DNA of 63,345 nt, counting the filler. It is 5 parts of 5 records of this genome, joined end to end, with 100 filler letters (N's around TTAATTAATTAA, not from the genome) between each part and the next. Parts side by side here need not be neighbours in the genome. Positions count along the whole stretch, not along the records: positions 37,953 to 49,075 come from SRR22947727_5374; positions 49,176 to 54,904 come from SRR22947727_5398; 3 more parts are not named here. One strand, given 5' to 3'. Position 1 is the first letter of the stretch; each line of letters opens with the position of its first letter. The notes below the pieces were generated by a model, which was not told where the DNA came from, did no database searches, and saw nothing but the letters and a program-made list of their open reading frames with translations. Shown here piece after piece: positions 41,175 through 51,356 of the stretch. A program made the translations under genes and the position numbers.

Positions 41175-41767
41175 AGCTTGATCGGTTTTACCCCATTTTT
41201 GATCATCCTGACTGGCTGGAGCGCATGTTGCCATTGGGGGTCAAGCTTGTGCAAATGCGGATCAAGGATTTGCCAGCGGATGAAACCCGCGCAGCGTTGC
41301 AACGATCAAAGCAATTATGCGATGCGGCGGGTGCCATCATGGTGGTGAATGACTTTTGGGAAATGGCGATTGATCTTGATTGTGATTGGACTCACCTTGG
41401 TCAAGAAGACCTTGACGATGCTGATATGTTGGCAATCCGGCGCGCTGGTTTGAAAATAGGCATTAGCACGCATGATGAGGATGAACTTGACCGTGCCTTG
41501 GCCGAACAGCCTGATTATGTTGCGCTTGGGCCGGTTTATCCGACAATTCTGAAAAAAATGAAATGGGTTGAACAGGGGTTGGATCGGGTTCAGCAATGGA
41601 AAAACCACATTGGTGATTTGCCGCTTGTCGGAATTGGCGGCATGACAATTGATCGCGCCGCAGGGGTTTATGCGGCTGGTGCCGATATCGTGTCGGTTGT
41701 GACCGATATCACATTGAATGAAAATCCCGAAGACCGCCTAAAAGGCTGGGTAAAGGCAACAAGATGA
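41171..41767 (+). CDS. thiE: Thiamine phosphate synthase
   Basis: 'VQMRIK', 'VND', 'HLGQED', 'GISTH', 'GPVYPT', 'GIGG'. Confidence 0.95.
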   Translation: MKLDRFYPIFDHPDWLERMLPLGVKLVQMRIKDLPADETRAALQRSKQLCDAAGAIMVVNDFWEMAIDLDCDWTHLGQEDLDDADMLAIRRAGLKIGISTHDEDELDRALAEQPDYVALGPVYPTILKKMKWVEQGLDRVQQWKNHIGDLPLVGIGGMTIDRAAGVYAAGADIVSVVTDITLNENPEDRLKGWVKATR

Positions 41768-42747
41768 ACCGGTATGACCGACAGATTAGCGTTGCAGAAA
41801 TTGGGGTTGATGGTCAAAAAAAACTAGCTGCGGCCAAAATTCTTGTTGTCGGGGCTGGGGGGCTGGCAAGCCCTGTCCTGCAATATCTGGCAGGCGCCGG
41901 CCTTGGTCACATAAAGGTGATGGATTACGATATTGTCAGTGTGAACAACATGCATCGGCAAACGATTTTCCGTTCAGATGATCTTGGGCTGGCCAAGGCT
42001 GGCGCGGCTGCAACAAATATGCGCCGCTTGAATCCTGATTGTCAGATGACGCCGATCATCGAGCCGCTAACGCCTGATAATATTGAAACACATGCCAGTG
42101 ATGTCGATCTGGTGCTGGATTGTGCCGATAGTTTTGCCGTTAGCTATAGTCTTTCCGATTACTGTTTGAACCGGTTGCCATTGATCCATGCGTCGGTTGT
42201 TGGAACGGCAGGCTATGTTGGCGGGTTTTGTTACAATGTGCCAAGCCTTCGTGCGGTTTTTCCTGATCTGCCACAACGGTTTGGAAGCTGTGCCGAAGAT
42301 GGTGTTTTGGGGCCGATTGTTGGCATTATCGGATCGCTTCAGGCACAAATGACGCTTGCTGTCATCACGAAACAACTCTCATCACCACTTGGCCAGCTTG
42401 TAACTTATGACGCCATTGGAAACCGGTTTGGTGGGTTCCGCTTTGATGGGGTCGAAGAACCTGATGCATCGCTGGCATTTATCAGCTCGCAGCAATTAAA
42501 AAGTGGCGATCTTGTGATTGATTTGCGCGCCGCCGACGAGGCTGATTTGATCACGGCTAATGCGCAGCGGCTTGGCCTTGAACAGATCACACCCGATTTA
42601 CCGCTCAAGGGCGTTGGACATGTTGTCTTTTGCTGTCGGTCTGGCCAACGTGCGTGGGCAGCGGCAGAAAAACTTTCTGGATTCTGGTCTGGATCCATTT
42701 CATTGATCGCGGCTGGCGATCCAAATTTCATACGAAAAAGAGGCTGA
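41764..42747 (+). CDS. thiF: ThiF/MoeB-family adenylyltransferase with C-terminal rhodanese-like domain
   Basis: 'RYDRQ', 'VVGAGGL', 'NMHRQ', 'SCAEDGVLGP', C-terminal 'CRSGQRA'. Confidence 0.88.
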   Translation: MNRYDRQISVAEIGVDGQKKLAAAKILVVGAGGLASPVLQYLAGAGLGHIKVMDYDIVSVNNMHRQTIFRSDDLGLAKAGAAATNMRRLNPDCQMTPIIEPLTPDNIETHASDVDLVLDCADSFAVSYSLSDYCLNRLPLIHASVVGTAGYVGGFCYNVPSLRAVFPDLPQRFGSCAEDGVLGPIVGIIGSLQAQMTLAVITKQLSSPLGQLVTYDAIGNRFGGFRFDGVEEPDASLAFISSQQLKSGDLVIDLRAADEADLITANAQRLGLEQITPDLPLKGVGHVVFCCRSGQRAWAAAEKLSGFWSGSISLIAAGDPNFIRKRG

Positions 42748-42749
42748 AG

Positions 42750-43688
42750 ATGAAGAAGTATCTTATTGTTTTATTTTGCTTATTGATAAGCACACCGTTG
42801 CAGGCGCAAGATCGGATAACGCTTTTGCTGGATTGGTTTGTCAACCCTGATCATGGGCCAATTATCATTGCTCAGGAAAAGGGTTATTTTGCCGATGCCG
42901 GCCTTGAGGTTGAGGTGATCGCCCCGGCTGATCCTGCTGATCCGCCAAAAATGGTGGCAGCCGGAAAGGCCGATCTAGCCGTTTCCTATCAACCGCAATT
43001 ACATCTTCAAGTTGCCGAGGACATGCCCCTTGTCCGGGTTGGAACCTTGGTGGCGACACCGCTAAATTGTCTGCTGGTGCTAAAGGACGGCAAGATCAAA
43101 TCCATTGCCGATCTAAAAGGCAAAAAGGTTGGATTTTCCGTTGCTGGTGTTGAAGAAGCCCTGCTGACAACGATTTTGGCACGAAATGGCCTGTCGATGA
43201 CGGATATCGAACTGGTGAATGTGAACTGGTCCTTGTCGCCATCATTAATGTCGGGACAGGTTGATGCGGTGATCGGCGCCTTTCGCAATTTTGAATTAAA
43301 TCAGATGGATATCGAAGGGGTTCCGGGGCGTTGTTTCTATCTTGAAGAAGAAGGTCTGCCGGCATATGACGAGTTGATCTATGTCGCCAATCCCGATCGC
43401 ATGAATAAAGATGTCGTTCGCCGGTTTTTGCAAGCAACCGAGCTTGCAACGCAATTCATCGTTAATCATCCGCAGGAAAGTTGGGAAATTTTCAAAGGCA
43501 CCGCCAAGGAATTGGATGATGAATTGAACGCCCGCGCATGGAAAGACACGGTACCGCGCTTTGCTTTGCGTCCCGAGGCATTGGATGAAGGCCGTTACAG
43601 CCGCTTTGAGAGCTTTTTGAAAGAGGCGGGTCTGTTAAAAGATCTTCGTCCTGTATCGAAACTGGCGATTGATTTGGGGGCAAAATGA
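42750..43688 (+). CDS. thiY: ThiY/NMT1-like ABC substrate-binding protein (pyrimidine precursor uptake)
   Basis: Signal peptide, 'LLDWFVNPDH', 'GAFRNFE'; start moved to ATG 42750. Confidence 0.85.
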   Translation: MKKYLIVLFCLLISTPLQAQDRITLLLDWFVNPDHGPIIIAQEKGYFADAGLEVEVIAPADPADPPKMVAAGKADLAVSYQPQLHLQVAEDMPLVRVGTLVATPLNCLLVLKDGKIKSIADLKGKKVGFSVAGVEEALLTTILARNGLSMTDIELVNVNWSLSPSLMSGQVDAVIGAFRNFELNQMDIEGVPGRCFYLEEEGLPAYDELIYVANPDRMNKDVVRRFLQATELATQFIVNHPQESWEIFKGTAKELDDELNARAWKDTVPRFALRPEALDEGRYSRFESFLKEAGLLKDLRPVSKLAIDLGAK

Positions 43689-44359
43689 CGGAATATGGTC
43701 ATAGCTTTGCCGCTTGGCGTAAGGCAACAGGGACTGCATGGCATGATTATGTTTGTCATGAATTTGTAACCGAATTGGGCAGTGGCACGCTGCCCAAATC
43801 GGCCTTTTTGCATTATCTGGTTCAAGATTATCTGTTTTTGATCCATTTTTCGCGGGCATGGGCGCTTGCTGTTACCAAGGCCGATGATGTTGCTGAAATG
43901 CGCGCCTGTGCGGCAACGGTGAATGCGCTTGTCAATGACGAGATCAGTTTGCATGTACGCATTTGTGCTGCGGCGGGCATTGATGAGGCCACATTATTTT
44001 CTGCCACCGAAGAAACCGCCAATCTGGCCTATACGCGCTATGTTCTTGATGCTGGCCATTCAGGTGATTTTCTGGATCTGATGGCTGCCTTGGCACCTTG
44101 CGTTCTTGGCTATGGTGAAATTGGTGCAAGGCTGCTGGCCGCAAGTCATGACGCCGCCTATGCCGATTGGATCGAAACCTATGGTGGTGAGGATTATCAG
44201 CAGGTTTGCCGCGATGTCGGAACTTTGATCGATGATGCGGTGTTACGCCGACTTGGTGAGCAACCGACAAAAAGCCCTCGTTGGGCTGGGCTTTGCCAGC
44301 GTTTTGCCACAGCCACAAGGCTTGAGGCCGGCTTTTGGCAAATGGGGCTGAGCAGGTGA
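43685..44359 (+). CDS. tenA: Thiaminase II / aminopyrimidine aminohydrolase
   Basis: 'YLVQDYLF', catalytic Cys in 'APCVLGY', 'WIETY', 'LEAGFW'. Confidence 0.93.
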   Translation: MTEYGHSFAAWRKATGTAWHDYVCHEFVTELGSGTLPKSAFLHYLVQDYLFLIHFSRAWALAVTKADDVAEMRACAATVNALVNDEISLHVRICAAAGIDEATLFSATEETANLAYTRYVLDAGHSGDFLDLMAALAPCVLGYGEIGARLLAASHDAAYADWIETYGGEDYQQVCRDVGTLIDDAVLRRLGEQPTKSPRWAGLCQRFATATRLEAGFWQMGLSR

Positions 44360-44412
44360 AAGGCAGCAAGGCAAAATCGGCACTGGCGCGACATATCGGG
44401 CAGGGGGCGTTC

Positions 44413-45138
44413 ATGTCCAACAGTCCGGCGTTGCATGTCCATGGCAGTGCCGCAATTGCTGGAACATCTATTTTTGATCCGCTTGATCTTGATATTGCTG
44501 CGGGGAAATGGACCTGCCTTCTTGGCGCGTCTGGCGTGGGCAAAACAACGGTTTTGCGCCTGCTGGCAGGGCTGGGTGATCATATTGATCATGTTGGATC
44601 TATCAAAACAAGCGATGGTCAACCGCTTGCTGGCCGCATTAGCCTGATGGCGCAAACGGATAATCTGATGCCGTGGCTTGATGTTTTTGACAATATCGTG
44701 ATTGGCAGTCGGCTTCGCGGGGATGCGGTTGATGGTGATCGGGCTGAAAGGCTGATCGCGCAGGTTGGCCTTGCCGTGCACCGACATAAAAAGCCAAATG
44801 CGTTATCGGGTGGCCAGCGTCAAAGGGTGGCCTTGGCACGCACCTTGATGGAAGGCAGGCCGATTGTCTTGCTTGACGAGCCTTTCTCGGCGCTTGACGC
44901 CAAAATTCGGGCGGAAATGCAGGAATTAGCCGCAGGTTTGTTTGCTGGTAAAACCGTATGTCTGATTACGCATGATCCCGGTGAGGCGGCACGGCTTGGC
45001 GATGTGATTTTCGTGATGAATGCAACCGGATTACACAGCATTACCCCACCATCATCGCCGGTGATACGCCCCTATGATGCGCCAGATGTTCTGGCCTGTC
45101 AGGGACAGCTTTTGCGGCTGCTTCGTGAGACACCATGA
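44413..45138 (+). CDS. thiZ: ABC transporter ATP-binding protein (ThiZ-like)
   Basis: 'GASGVGKT', 'LSGGQ', 'LLDEPF', 'THD'; alternative start GTG 44356. Confidence 0.85.
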   Translation: MSNSPALHVHGSAAIAGTSIFDPLDLDIAAGKWTCLLGASGVGKTTVLRLLAGLGDHIDHVGSIKTSDGQPLAGRISLMAQTDNLMPWLDVFDNIVIGSRLRGDAVDGDRAERLIAQVGLAVHRHKKPNALSGGQRQRVALARTLMEGRPIVLLDEPFSALDAKIRAEMQELAAGLFAGKTVCLITHDPGEAARLGDVIFVMNATGLHSITPPSSPVIRPYDAPDVLACQGQLLRLLRETP

Positions 45139-45875
45139 TGCGCGCGCTTCGCATCATCGGGGTAACTATGTTCATTCTGTCTTTATGGCATCTTCTTGTT
45201 GTTTTGACGGGCTTGCCTGCCTTTATCCTGCCATCACCGGCGCGCGTTGGCATGGCTTTGGTTGGTAATCTTGAATTGATTGCACATCATGCCAGCGTCA
45301 CCATGGCCGAAGTGATGATCGGCCTGCTTCTTGGTGCGGCTCTTGGGGTGATGACGGCGATCAGTCTGGCACAGTCGCCGATCGCCCGCGTTGTTGTGCG
45401 GCCAATGATGGTTCTTAGTCAGGCTTTGCCGGTTTTTGCCTTGGCACCGGTTTTAACGCTGTGGCTTGGCTATGGTTTATGGCCCAAAATCATCATGGCC
45501 TTGCTAATCATCTATTTTCCGGTGACGTCGGCCTTTTTTGACGGTTTGATGCAAACGCCGCGCGGCATGCTTGATCAGGCAAAGGTCATGCAGGCGCGGC
45601 CATGGCAGATTATGCGTCATATCCGTATTCCGGCTGCTATTCCAGCATTGGCATCAGGATTGCGCTTGGCTGCGGTCTATGCACCGATTGGCGCGATCAT
45701 TGGCGAATGGGTCGGCGCGTCACAGGGGCTTGGCTATCTAATGCTATTGGCAAATGGCCGCGCCAAGATTGATTTGATGTTTGCAGCATTGATCGTCTTG
45801 GCGGTTTTAACCCTGTTGCTGCATACGTCGGTTGACCGGCTATGCAGCTATGTGGTGCGGCGTCAACAGGCCTAG
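45135..45875 (+). CDS. thiX: ABC transporter permease (ThiX-like)
   Basis: Multi-TM; 'ILPSP', '[15 protein letters not shown]'. Confidence 0.85.
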   Translation: MMRALRIIGVTMFILSLWHLLVVLTGLPAFILPSPARVGMALVGNLELIAHHASVTMAEVMIGLLLGAALGVMTAISLAQSPIARVVVRPMMVLSQALPVFALAPVLTLWLGYGLWPKIIMALLIIYFPVTSAFFDGLMQTPRGMLDQAKVMQARPWQIMRHIRIPAAIPALASGLRLAAVYAPIGAIIGEWVGASQGLGYLMLLANGRAKIDLMFAALIVLAVLTLLLHTSVDRLCSYVVRRQQA

Positions 45876-46321
45876 CCGCGTCCACGATAGCCAGCGACAC
45901 CTTGATCAGGCACCCACGTGCCTTCAGGAATGGTGCCATGCTGCCAAAACACATCAATCGGAATACCGCCACGCGGATACCAATAGCCGCCAATCCGAAT
46001 CCATCTTGGTGACAAGAGCGCGATTAGTTCTTTGGCGATATCAACCGTGCAGGCTTCATGAAACGCCTGATGGTTGCGAAAGCTACCAAGATATAGTTTC
46101 AGCGATTTTGATTCGACCATCCATTGATCGGGAATATAATCAATAACGAGATGCGCGAAATCAGGCTGCGCCGTTACCGGACAAAGCGAGGTGAATTCGG
46201 GCTGGGTAAAACGGGCAACAAAATTGCAGTCAGGATGTGGATTGGGAACGCGTTCCAGTTCGGCCTCTTCGGGGCTGTTTGGCTGTTTAGCAGCTTGACC
46301 AAGTGCTTTCAAATTTTCCAT
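45872..46321 (-). CDS. queF: NADPH-dependent 7-cyano-7-deazaguanine reductase (type I)
   Basis: '[15 protein letters not shown]', 'ESKSLKLYL', 'RGGIP'. Confidence 0.96.
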   Translation of the reverse strand: MENLKALGQAAKQPNSPEEAELERVPNPHPDCNFVARFTQPEFTSLCPVTAQPDFAHLVIDYIPDQWMVESKSLKLYLGSFRNHQAFHEACTVDIAKELIALLSPRWIRIGGYWYPRGGIPIDVFWQHGTIPEGTWVPDQGVAGYRGRG

Positions 46322-46650
46322 CTTATCCTCGTTCTACAATGTTGGGTGGTACCCATGAAAAGCGTGATAACCCAAGGCGAATACATAATTGGTTTCAGGC
46401 TTTTCCATATCCAGCCTTTGGGGTCAAGCCTCTTTTGCGAAATGCACAGTAAGCAGGTGATCAAGACAGGTGGAAACGCACTGGTGAAATGATGGTTTAA
46501 AAAATATTAGTAATATTACATTTCATGCTTGTGCTTTTGCGTTTAGACCACTAATAGAAGCGCGTTGCGATGACCGATCCCAACTCGCATTTCGTGCGGG
46601 GAGTGCTAAGGCATTGCTGGTTCATCTACTGGTTCCGAAAGGGGTGCGTC

Positions 46651-47181
46651 ATGGATAACGCCAACCTTTTCCAACTGGGGATAGGTCTGGCAACGGGCAC
46701 CCAAGCGGAAGATTTCGACAGCGGCAGTGATGCTGCGCGTCACAACGATTCTGATCAAGCATATCATGGGCTAAGACTTGTCAGCGATGAAGCGCGCGAT
46801 GATCATTTTATCCGCCGTGATGGCAAAATCTTTGCCGGTACACATCTTATCATCGAAGTGGTCAATGGTACTGGTCTTGATAATGAGGATTTGATTCAAT
46901 CAGCATTCCGGCGCTGTGTTGATGAATGTGGCGCAACCTTGCTGCATATTCATACGCATAAATTCAGCCCGCAAGGCGTTTCTGGCGTTGCCGTTTTGGC
47001 CGAAAGCCATATTTCGGTTCATACATGGCCGGAAATTGGCTATGCCGCCTTTGATGTGTTCATGTGTGGCGATGCACAGCCATGGAATGCGGTTGGCGTT
47101 TTGGCGGAAATGTTTGAAACAGCTGATGTTCGGGTTCGCGAATTGCTTCGCGGCGACGGCGTTGTGGAAGGTATACTATGA
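46651..47181 (+). CDS. speD: S-adenosylmethionine decarboxylase proenzyme
   Basis: Self-cleavage motif 'LAESHISVHTWPE', 'DVFMCG'; ATG 46651 follows AAAGGGG SD. Confidence 0.94.
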   Translation: MDNANLFQLGIGLATGTQAEDFDSGSDAARHNDSDQAYHGLRLVSDEARDDHFIRRDGKIFAGTHLIIEVVNGTGLDNEDLIQSAFRRCVDECGATLLHIHTHKFSPQGVSGVAVLAESHISVHTWPEIGYAAFDVFMCGDAQPWNAVGVLAEMFETADVRVRELLRGDGVVEGIL

Positions 47182-48026
47182 GCGAGCGTTTTACCGAAAC
47201 ATTGCATGATGACTATGCGCAATCACTTGGCGTGACCAAAGTCCTTTATGACAATAACAGCAGCTTGCAGCATATTCAGGTCTTTGAAAATGACCGCTTT
47301 GGCCGGGTGCTGACGCTTGATGGCGTTGTGCAAACAACCCAAGGTGATGAATTTATCTATCATGAAATGTTGACCCATGTTCCGATTTTGGCGCATGGCA
47401 ATGCAACCCGTATTTTGATTATTGGTGGTGGTGACGGCGGTATGGCGCGTGAAGTATTACGCCATAAATCGGTTGAAAAAGTCACGATGGTCGAAATTGA
47501 CGAAGGCGTTGTTGCCTTTTCAAAAACCTATCTGCCAAGTCTGTCAAATGGCGCATTTGATGATCCGCGTCTTGATCTGGTGATCGCCGATGGTGCTGAT
47601 TTCATGGCAACATCAACCGATGAATTTGACGTCATTATCATTGATTCAACCGATCCTGTTGGGCCGGGCGAAGTGCTGTTCACCGATAGTTTTTATGGCC
47701 ATGCCAAGCGACGGCTTGCCAAAGATGGTGTTCTGGTAACGCAAAATGGCGTTCCGTTCATGCAGCCAAGCGAATTGACCGGCACAATGCGGGCCTTTCA
47801 ACAGCTATTTGCCGATTGGGGATGCTATATTGCCAGCATACCAACCTATGCAGGTGGCCCAATGGCCTTTGGCTGGGGCAGTGACAGCAGCAAAGCAAGA
47901 GATGTCGATGTTGCCGTTCTGACCAAGCGGCTTGAAGCGGCTGTTCTTGATCTTAACTATTACACGCCATCGGTTCACAAGGCCGCCTTCAGCCTGCCGC
48001 GCTATATCGAAAAGCTATTGCCCTAA
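47178..48026 (+). CDS. speE: Polyamine aminopropyltransferase (spermidine synthase)
   Basis: 'LDGVVQ..DEFIYHEM', 'IIGGGDGG', 'IIDSTDP'. Confidence 0.95.
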   Translation: MSERFTETLHDDYAQSLGVTKVLYDNNSSLQHIQVFENDRFGRVLTLDGVVQTTQGDEFIYHEMLTHVPILAHGNATRILIIGGGDGGMAREVLRHKSVEKVTMVEIDEGVVAFSKTYLPSLSNGAFDDPRLDLVIADGADFMATSTDEFDVIIIDSTDPVGPGEVLFTDSFYGHAKRRLAKDGVLVTQNGVPFMQPSELTGTMRAFQQLFADWGCYIASIPTYAGGPMAFGWGSDSSKARDVDVAVLTKRLEAAVLDLNYYTPSVHKAAFSLPRYIEKLLP

Positions 48027-48078
48027 CGCCGATTGCGCGGCTTAATGAGCCGCGTTAACGAGGTAACTGGGTCTTTTG

Positions 48079-48951
48079 ATGGTATCTGCCAACATTAAGG
48101 GCGCCATTTTGATGACAATTGCGCGTTTTGCATTTGTCACGAATGACGTTTTTATGAAATTTCTGTTTGTTGATATGTCGGTGTTTCAGGCGATGTTTCT
48201 GCGCGGCACCGTGGCAGTGCCGATCATTGCTGGCCTCGCATGGTACCGCAATTGCCTATTGGTTCGGCTAAGTATGGCTGATTTTGGCCTTTTGTCGATC
48301 CGCGCCGCGGCGCAAATTGGCATGGCCAGCTGCTTTTTGACGGCGCTTGCCCATATGCCAATTGCCAATGTTTCAGCCATTATGCAGATCGTGCCTTTAT
48401 CGCTGATTGTGGTGGCGGCGATATTTCTAGGTGAAGTGGTCGGATGGCGGCGCTGGAGCGCGGTTGTGATTGGGTTTTGTGGGGTGTTGATGGTGATCCG
48501 CCCGGGAACTGATGATTTCAATAGCTATTCAACGCTTGCCGTTGGGGCGGTGGCCTTTGCCACAGTCAATGATGCGGTAACGCGCCATTTGCCGAACCGT
48601 GTACCAGCGTTATTTGCGGCGTTGTTTACGGCAATCAGCGTCTGCCTGTTTAGCGGCGCGATGACCTCGACCATACTGTGGCAGGCAATTTCTGCCTTTA
48701 ACTGGCTGATCTTGTCATTCTGCGGACTTAGCGTTGCTGCGGGCTATTTCTTTCAGGTGATGACAATGCGGTTTGGCGATCTAAGCTTTGTCGCGCCATT
48801 TCGATATATTGGGCTCGTTTGGGCGGTTTTATTGGGGGCTTTGTTATTTAACGAATGGCCCGATGGCTGGACCGGATTTGGCACAATCCTTGTTGTTCTA
48901 AGTGGTCTTTATTCATTTTATCGCGAGCATCAGCAGCGTAGTGCCAATTAG
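48079..48951 (+). CDS. DMT/EamA family transporter
   Basis: About 10 TM segments, two EamA repeats, 'LGEVVGWRRW', 'VAPFRY'. Confidence 0.85.
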   Translation: MVSANIKGAILMTIARFAFVTNDVFMKFLFVDMSVFQAMFLRGTVAVPIIAGLAWYRNCLLVRLSMADFGLLSIRAAAQIGMASCFLTALAHMPIANVSAIMQIVPLSLIVVAAIFLGEVVGWRRWSAVVIGFCGVLMVIRPGTDDFNSYSTLAVGAVAFATVNDAVTRHLPNRVPALFAALFTAISVCLFSGAMTSTILWQAISAFNWLILSFCGLSVAAGYFFQVMTMRFGDLSFVAPFRYIGLVWAVLLGALLFNEWPDGWTGFGTILVVLSGLYSFYREHQQRSAN

Positions 48952-49045
48952 CCAATACCCATGGATAAAATATGCGCCGGATTTAGTGGTATTATGTTTG
49001 TGACGCCGCTACAATTGGGCTTGTGGTGATCTGTTATGACCGCCG

Positions 49046-49075
49046 ATTTGACTATCTATTTGACTATCTATTTGA
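49046..49075 (+). repeat. 12-bp tandem repeat (ATTTGACTATCT x2.5) at the contig end
   Basis: Read directly; truncated by the gap. Confidence 0.85.
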
Positions 49076-49175
49076 NNNNNNNNNNNNNNNNNNNNNNNNN
49101 NNNNNNNNNNNNNNNNNNNTTAATTAATTAANNNNNNNNNNNNNNNNNNNNNNNNNNNNNNNNNNNNNNNNNNNN
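49076..49175. other. Artificial contig spacer
   Basis: N-run with TTAATTAATTAA. Confidence 0.99.
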
Positions 49176-49205
49176 AACGATTTCGCAAGCCATGCCATCC
49201 TCTAG
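49176..49205. repeat. 30-nt inverted copy of 54875-54904 (efp sequence) at the contig start
   Basis: AACGATTTCGCAAGCCATGCCATCCTCTAG is the exact reverse complement of the contig's last 30 nt. Confidence 0.95.
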
Positions 49206-51356
49206 TTTTTTAAAGTCAATTGATAATATATCGCTACATTGATCAAGAAACTCTAAAAATAGATTAATATTTTCTATATCTTGCGTATCAATCATAGATT
49301 TATCACCTCTTAATTGTCGCCAAACACTTTCGACAAAATATCTATGTGCAACTCTACTGCGGTATTCGATATTATTTTTAATTACGTTAATAAAATTATT
49401 TAATCTACTTAAGCTATTCTTGTTAAGCTTAATTTTTATATCCTCATGATTGATGATTTCCCAGACTGATGATTTGTGATCCTTTTCGAATAATATGACC
49501 AAGTCTTCTAATTTTAAGCCGCACCATGGAGCTTTTAGAGTGGCAATCCATTCAGTTCTGTTACTGAAATTATACAAAGCCTTAGTTAGAGAAAAAATAT
49601 CTTGAAATGTTTGATTAGATAAAATTTTTGACATTTCAATTGCATCTACAGGCAGTGTTGTATTTTGCTTATTAATAAGAGTAAGAAGTTCATTGAGATG
49701 AGCTCTTGATCTAGTTAAGACAGCAATTGATGAATTTGGATTTGAATCTCTTATGCTATTAATTAAATTTAAAACATATAAGGCCTCAGCGTCATATAAT
49801 TGTGTTTTATTTTCAACATCGCAAACAAGTGGTGTTAATTCAACCCCACCTTCTTGAATGTTATTACTTGATTCACAGTGAGAGAAGAGGATTGATCCTT
49901 CTTCGTTAATATTTAATACAGGAAATGATTTTGAATAGCTATAGTTAATCCAGTCGATAATACTTTTATTTGACCTAAAATTAACTTTTAGGAAAAGTGA
50001 TTTTAGTTTTAAATCACCAATACCATTTTTTTGAACTCTATTAAAAATTTCAACTTCAGCTTTTCTAAATCGATAAATTGATTGCATGGGGTCACCAACT
50101 GCAAAAAAAGATTTTTTATTATTACCTGCAAAGTTTTCAGTAAGCAATTCTAGAAAATTAAGTTGGGATTCATTGGTGTCTTGAAATTCATCCACCATTA
50201 TATGTGAAATATTTTGATCTAGAATTAGGGGTAGATTCGTACTTCTAAGAGCCTCAACAGCGTTACCCATGACTTGAGTAAAATCAACAATTCGTTGCGA
50301 GTTAAATTTCTCATTTAATCTGGTTACCATATCCACCAGCATCAAGCAAAAAGAAGATATGATTGGTATAATATCTTGGAGATTTTTAGGATAAACTACA
50401 TTATAAAAATCTTTTATATAATTGATTTCTATTTTATTTTTATTTATTAATTTAAATAATTTCTCTTTATTTTCTTTCCCTTCATTCCCAGGAAAACCAT
50501 TTTTTTTATTAAATTCTTTACGTAAGTCTTTACCATTTTTTGTTAGTATAAGGTCTCTAAAATAGAACCAAAACTCATAGTTTTTTGATGACCTTATTGT
50601 GTCTTTATGGCTTATATTTTTGTTGTCAGCAACAAAGTTTATTATCGATTCTAATTCTTCAATCTCTTCCATTGTAAAAATGGGTTTAATTTTTTTATTT
50701 ATCCATTTCTCTAATTCTTTTGAATAATATGTATCGTAATTCGCCTTTGCATTATTTGCAGATTTTAATAATGCACTTACCGTTGGTAACCATTGATCTC
50801 TTTTACTTATTAATGTCAATAATTGCTCGGTTAATTTATGAAAATCATAATTAAAGAATCTTATTAATTCATGATTATCCGCGATGGCAGTTATGGTTTC
50901 CTTTATTGTTTCTCGATATAGTTCTTCAGGATCTTCATCTATCAAAAAATTTACACCTGACTTGCTAAGTATAGGAGTTTGTTTCACTAATCTTAGTGCC
51001 AACTTATCAATGGTCATTATCATCAGAGAGTCTATATAACTTTCCTCCCACTTATTATTGAGGGCGTGCTTGGATAGCTTTTCTTTAATTTTTTTTATTT
51101 CGTTGTCTTCGCTTTGGCCCTCAAGGGCATCCTTAATCCTCTGGGCCATCTCTGCAGCAGCCTTATTTGTAAATGTAAGCGCAAGTACTTCTTTAGGTGA
51201 TTTGACTTTAAGGAGAAGGCTTAGGAATCTTTTAACTAACAATGATGTTTTTCCAGATCCTGCAGGTGCTTGGACAATAAACGACCCCATTCCCAGAGCT
51301 TCCTCTCTGTACTTATAATCAGATGGTTTTTTTGATATTTCAGCCATATAGCTCAA
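49176..51356 (-). CDS. addA: AddA-like UvrD/SF1 helicase-nuclease, 3' truncated
   Basis: 'QAPAGSGKT', 'LTFTNKAA', 'VDEFQD', 'GDPMQSIYRFR', 'NFRS'; paired with an AddB-like gene. Confidence 0.82.

Noticed and set aside
46322-46480. preQ1 riboswitch upstream of queF
   Set aside because: No recognisable preQ1 stem or A-rich tail on the minus strand
15221-46650. N-terminal extensions in the ORF track for bchX, bchC, crtE, crtI, cycA, thiG, thiY, thiZ and speD
   Set aside because: Longest-ORF artefacts that run through promoters or upstream genes; downstream starts fit SD position and homology better
49046-49075. Tandem 12-mer as a CRISPR array or iteron
   Set aside because: No spacers and only 2.5 units at a contig end; probably the cause of the assembly break
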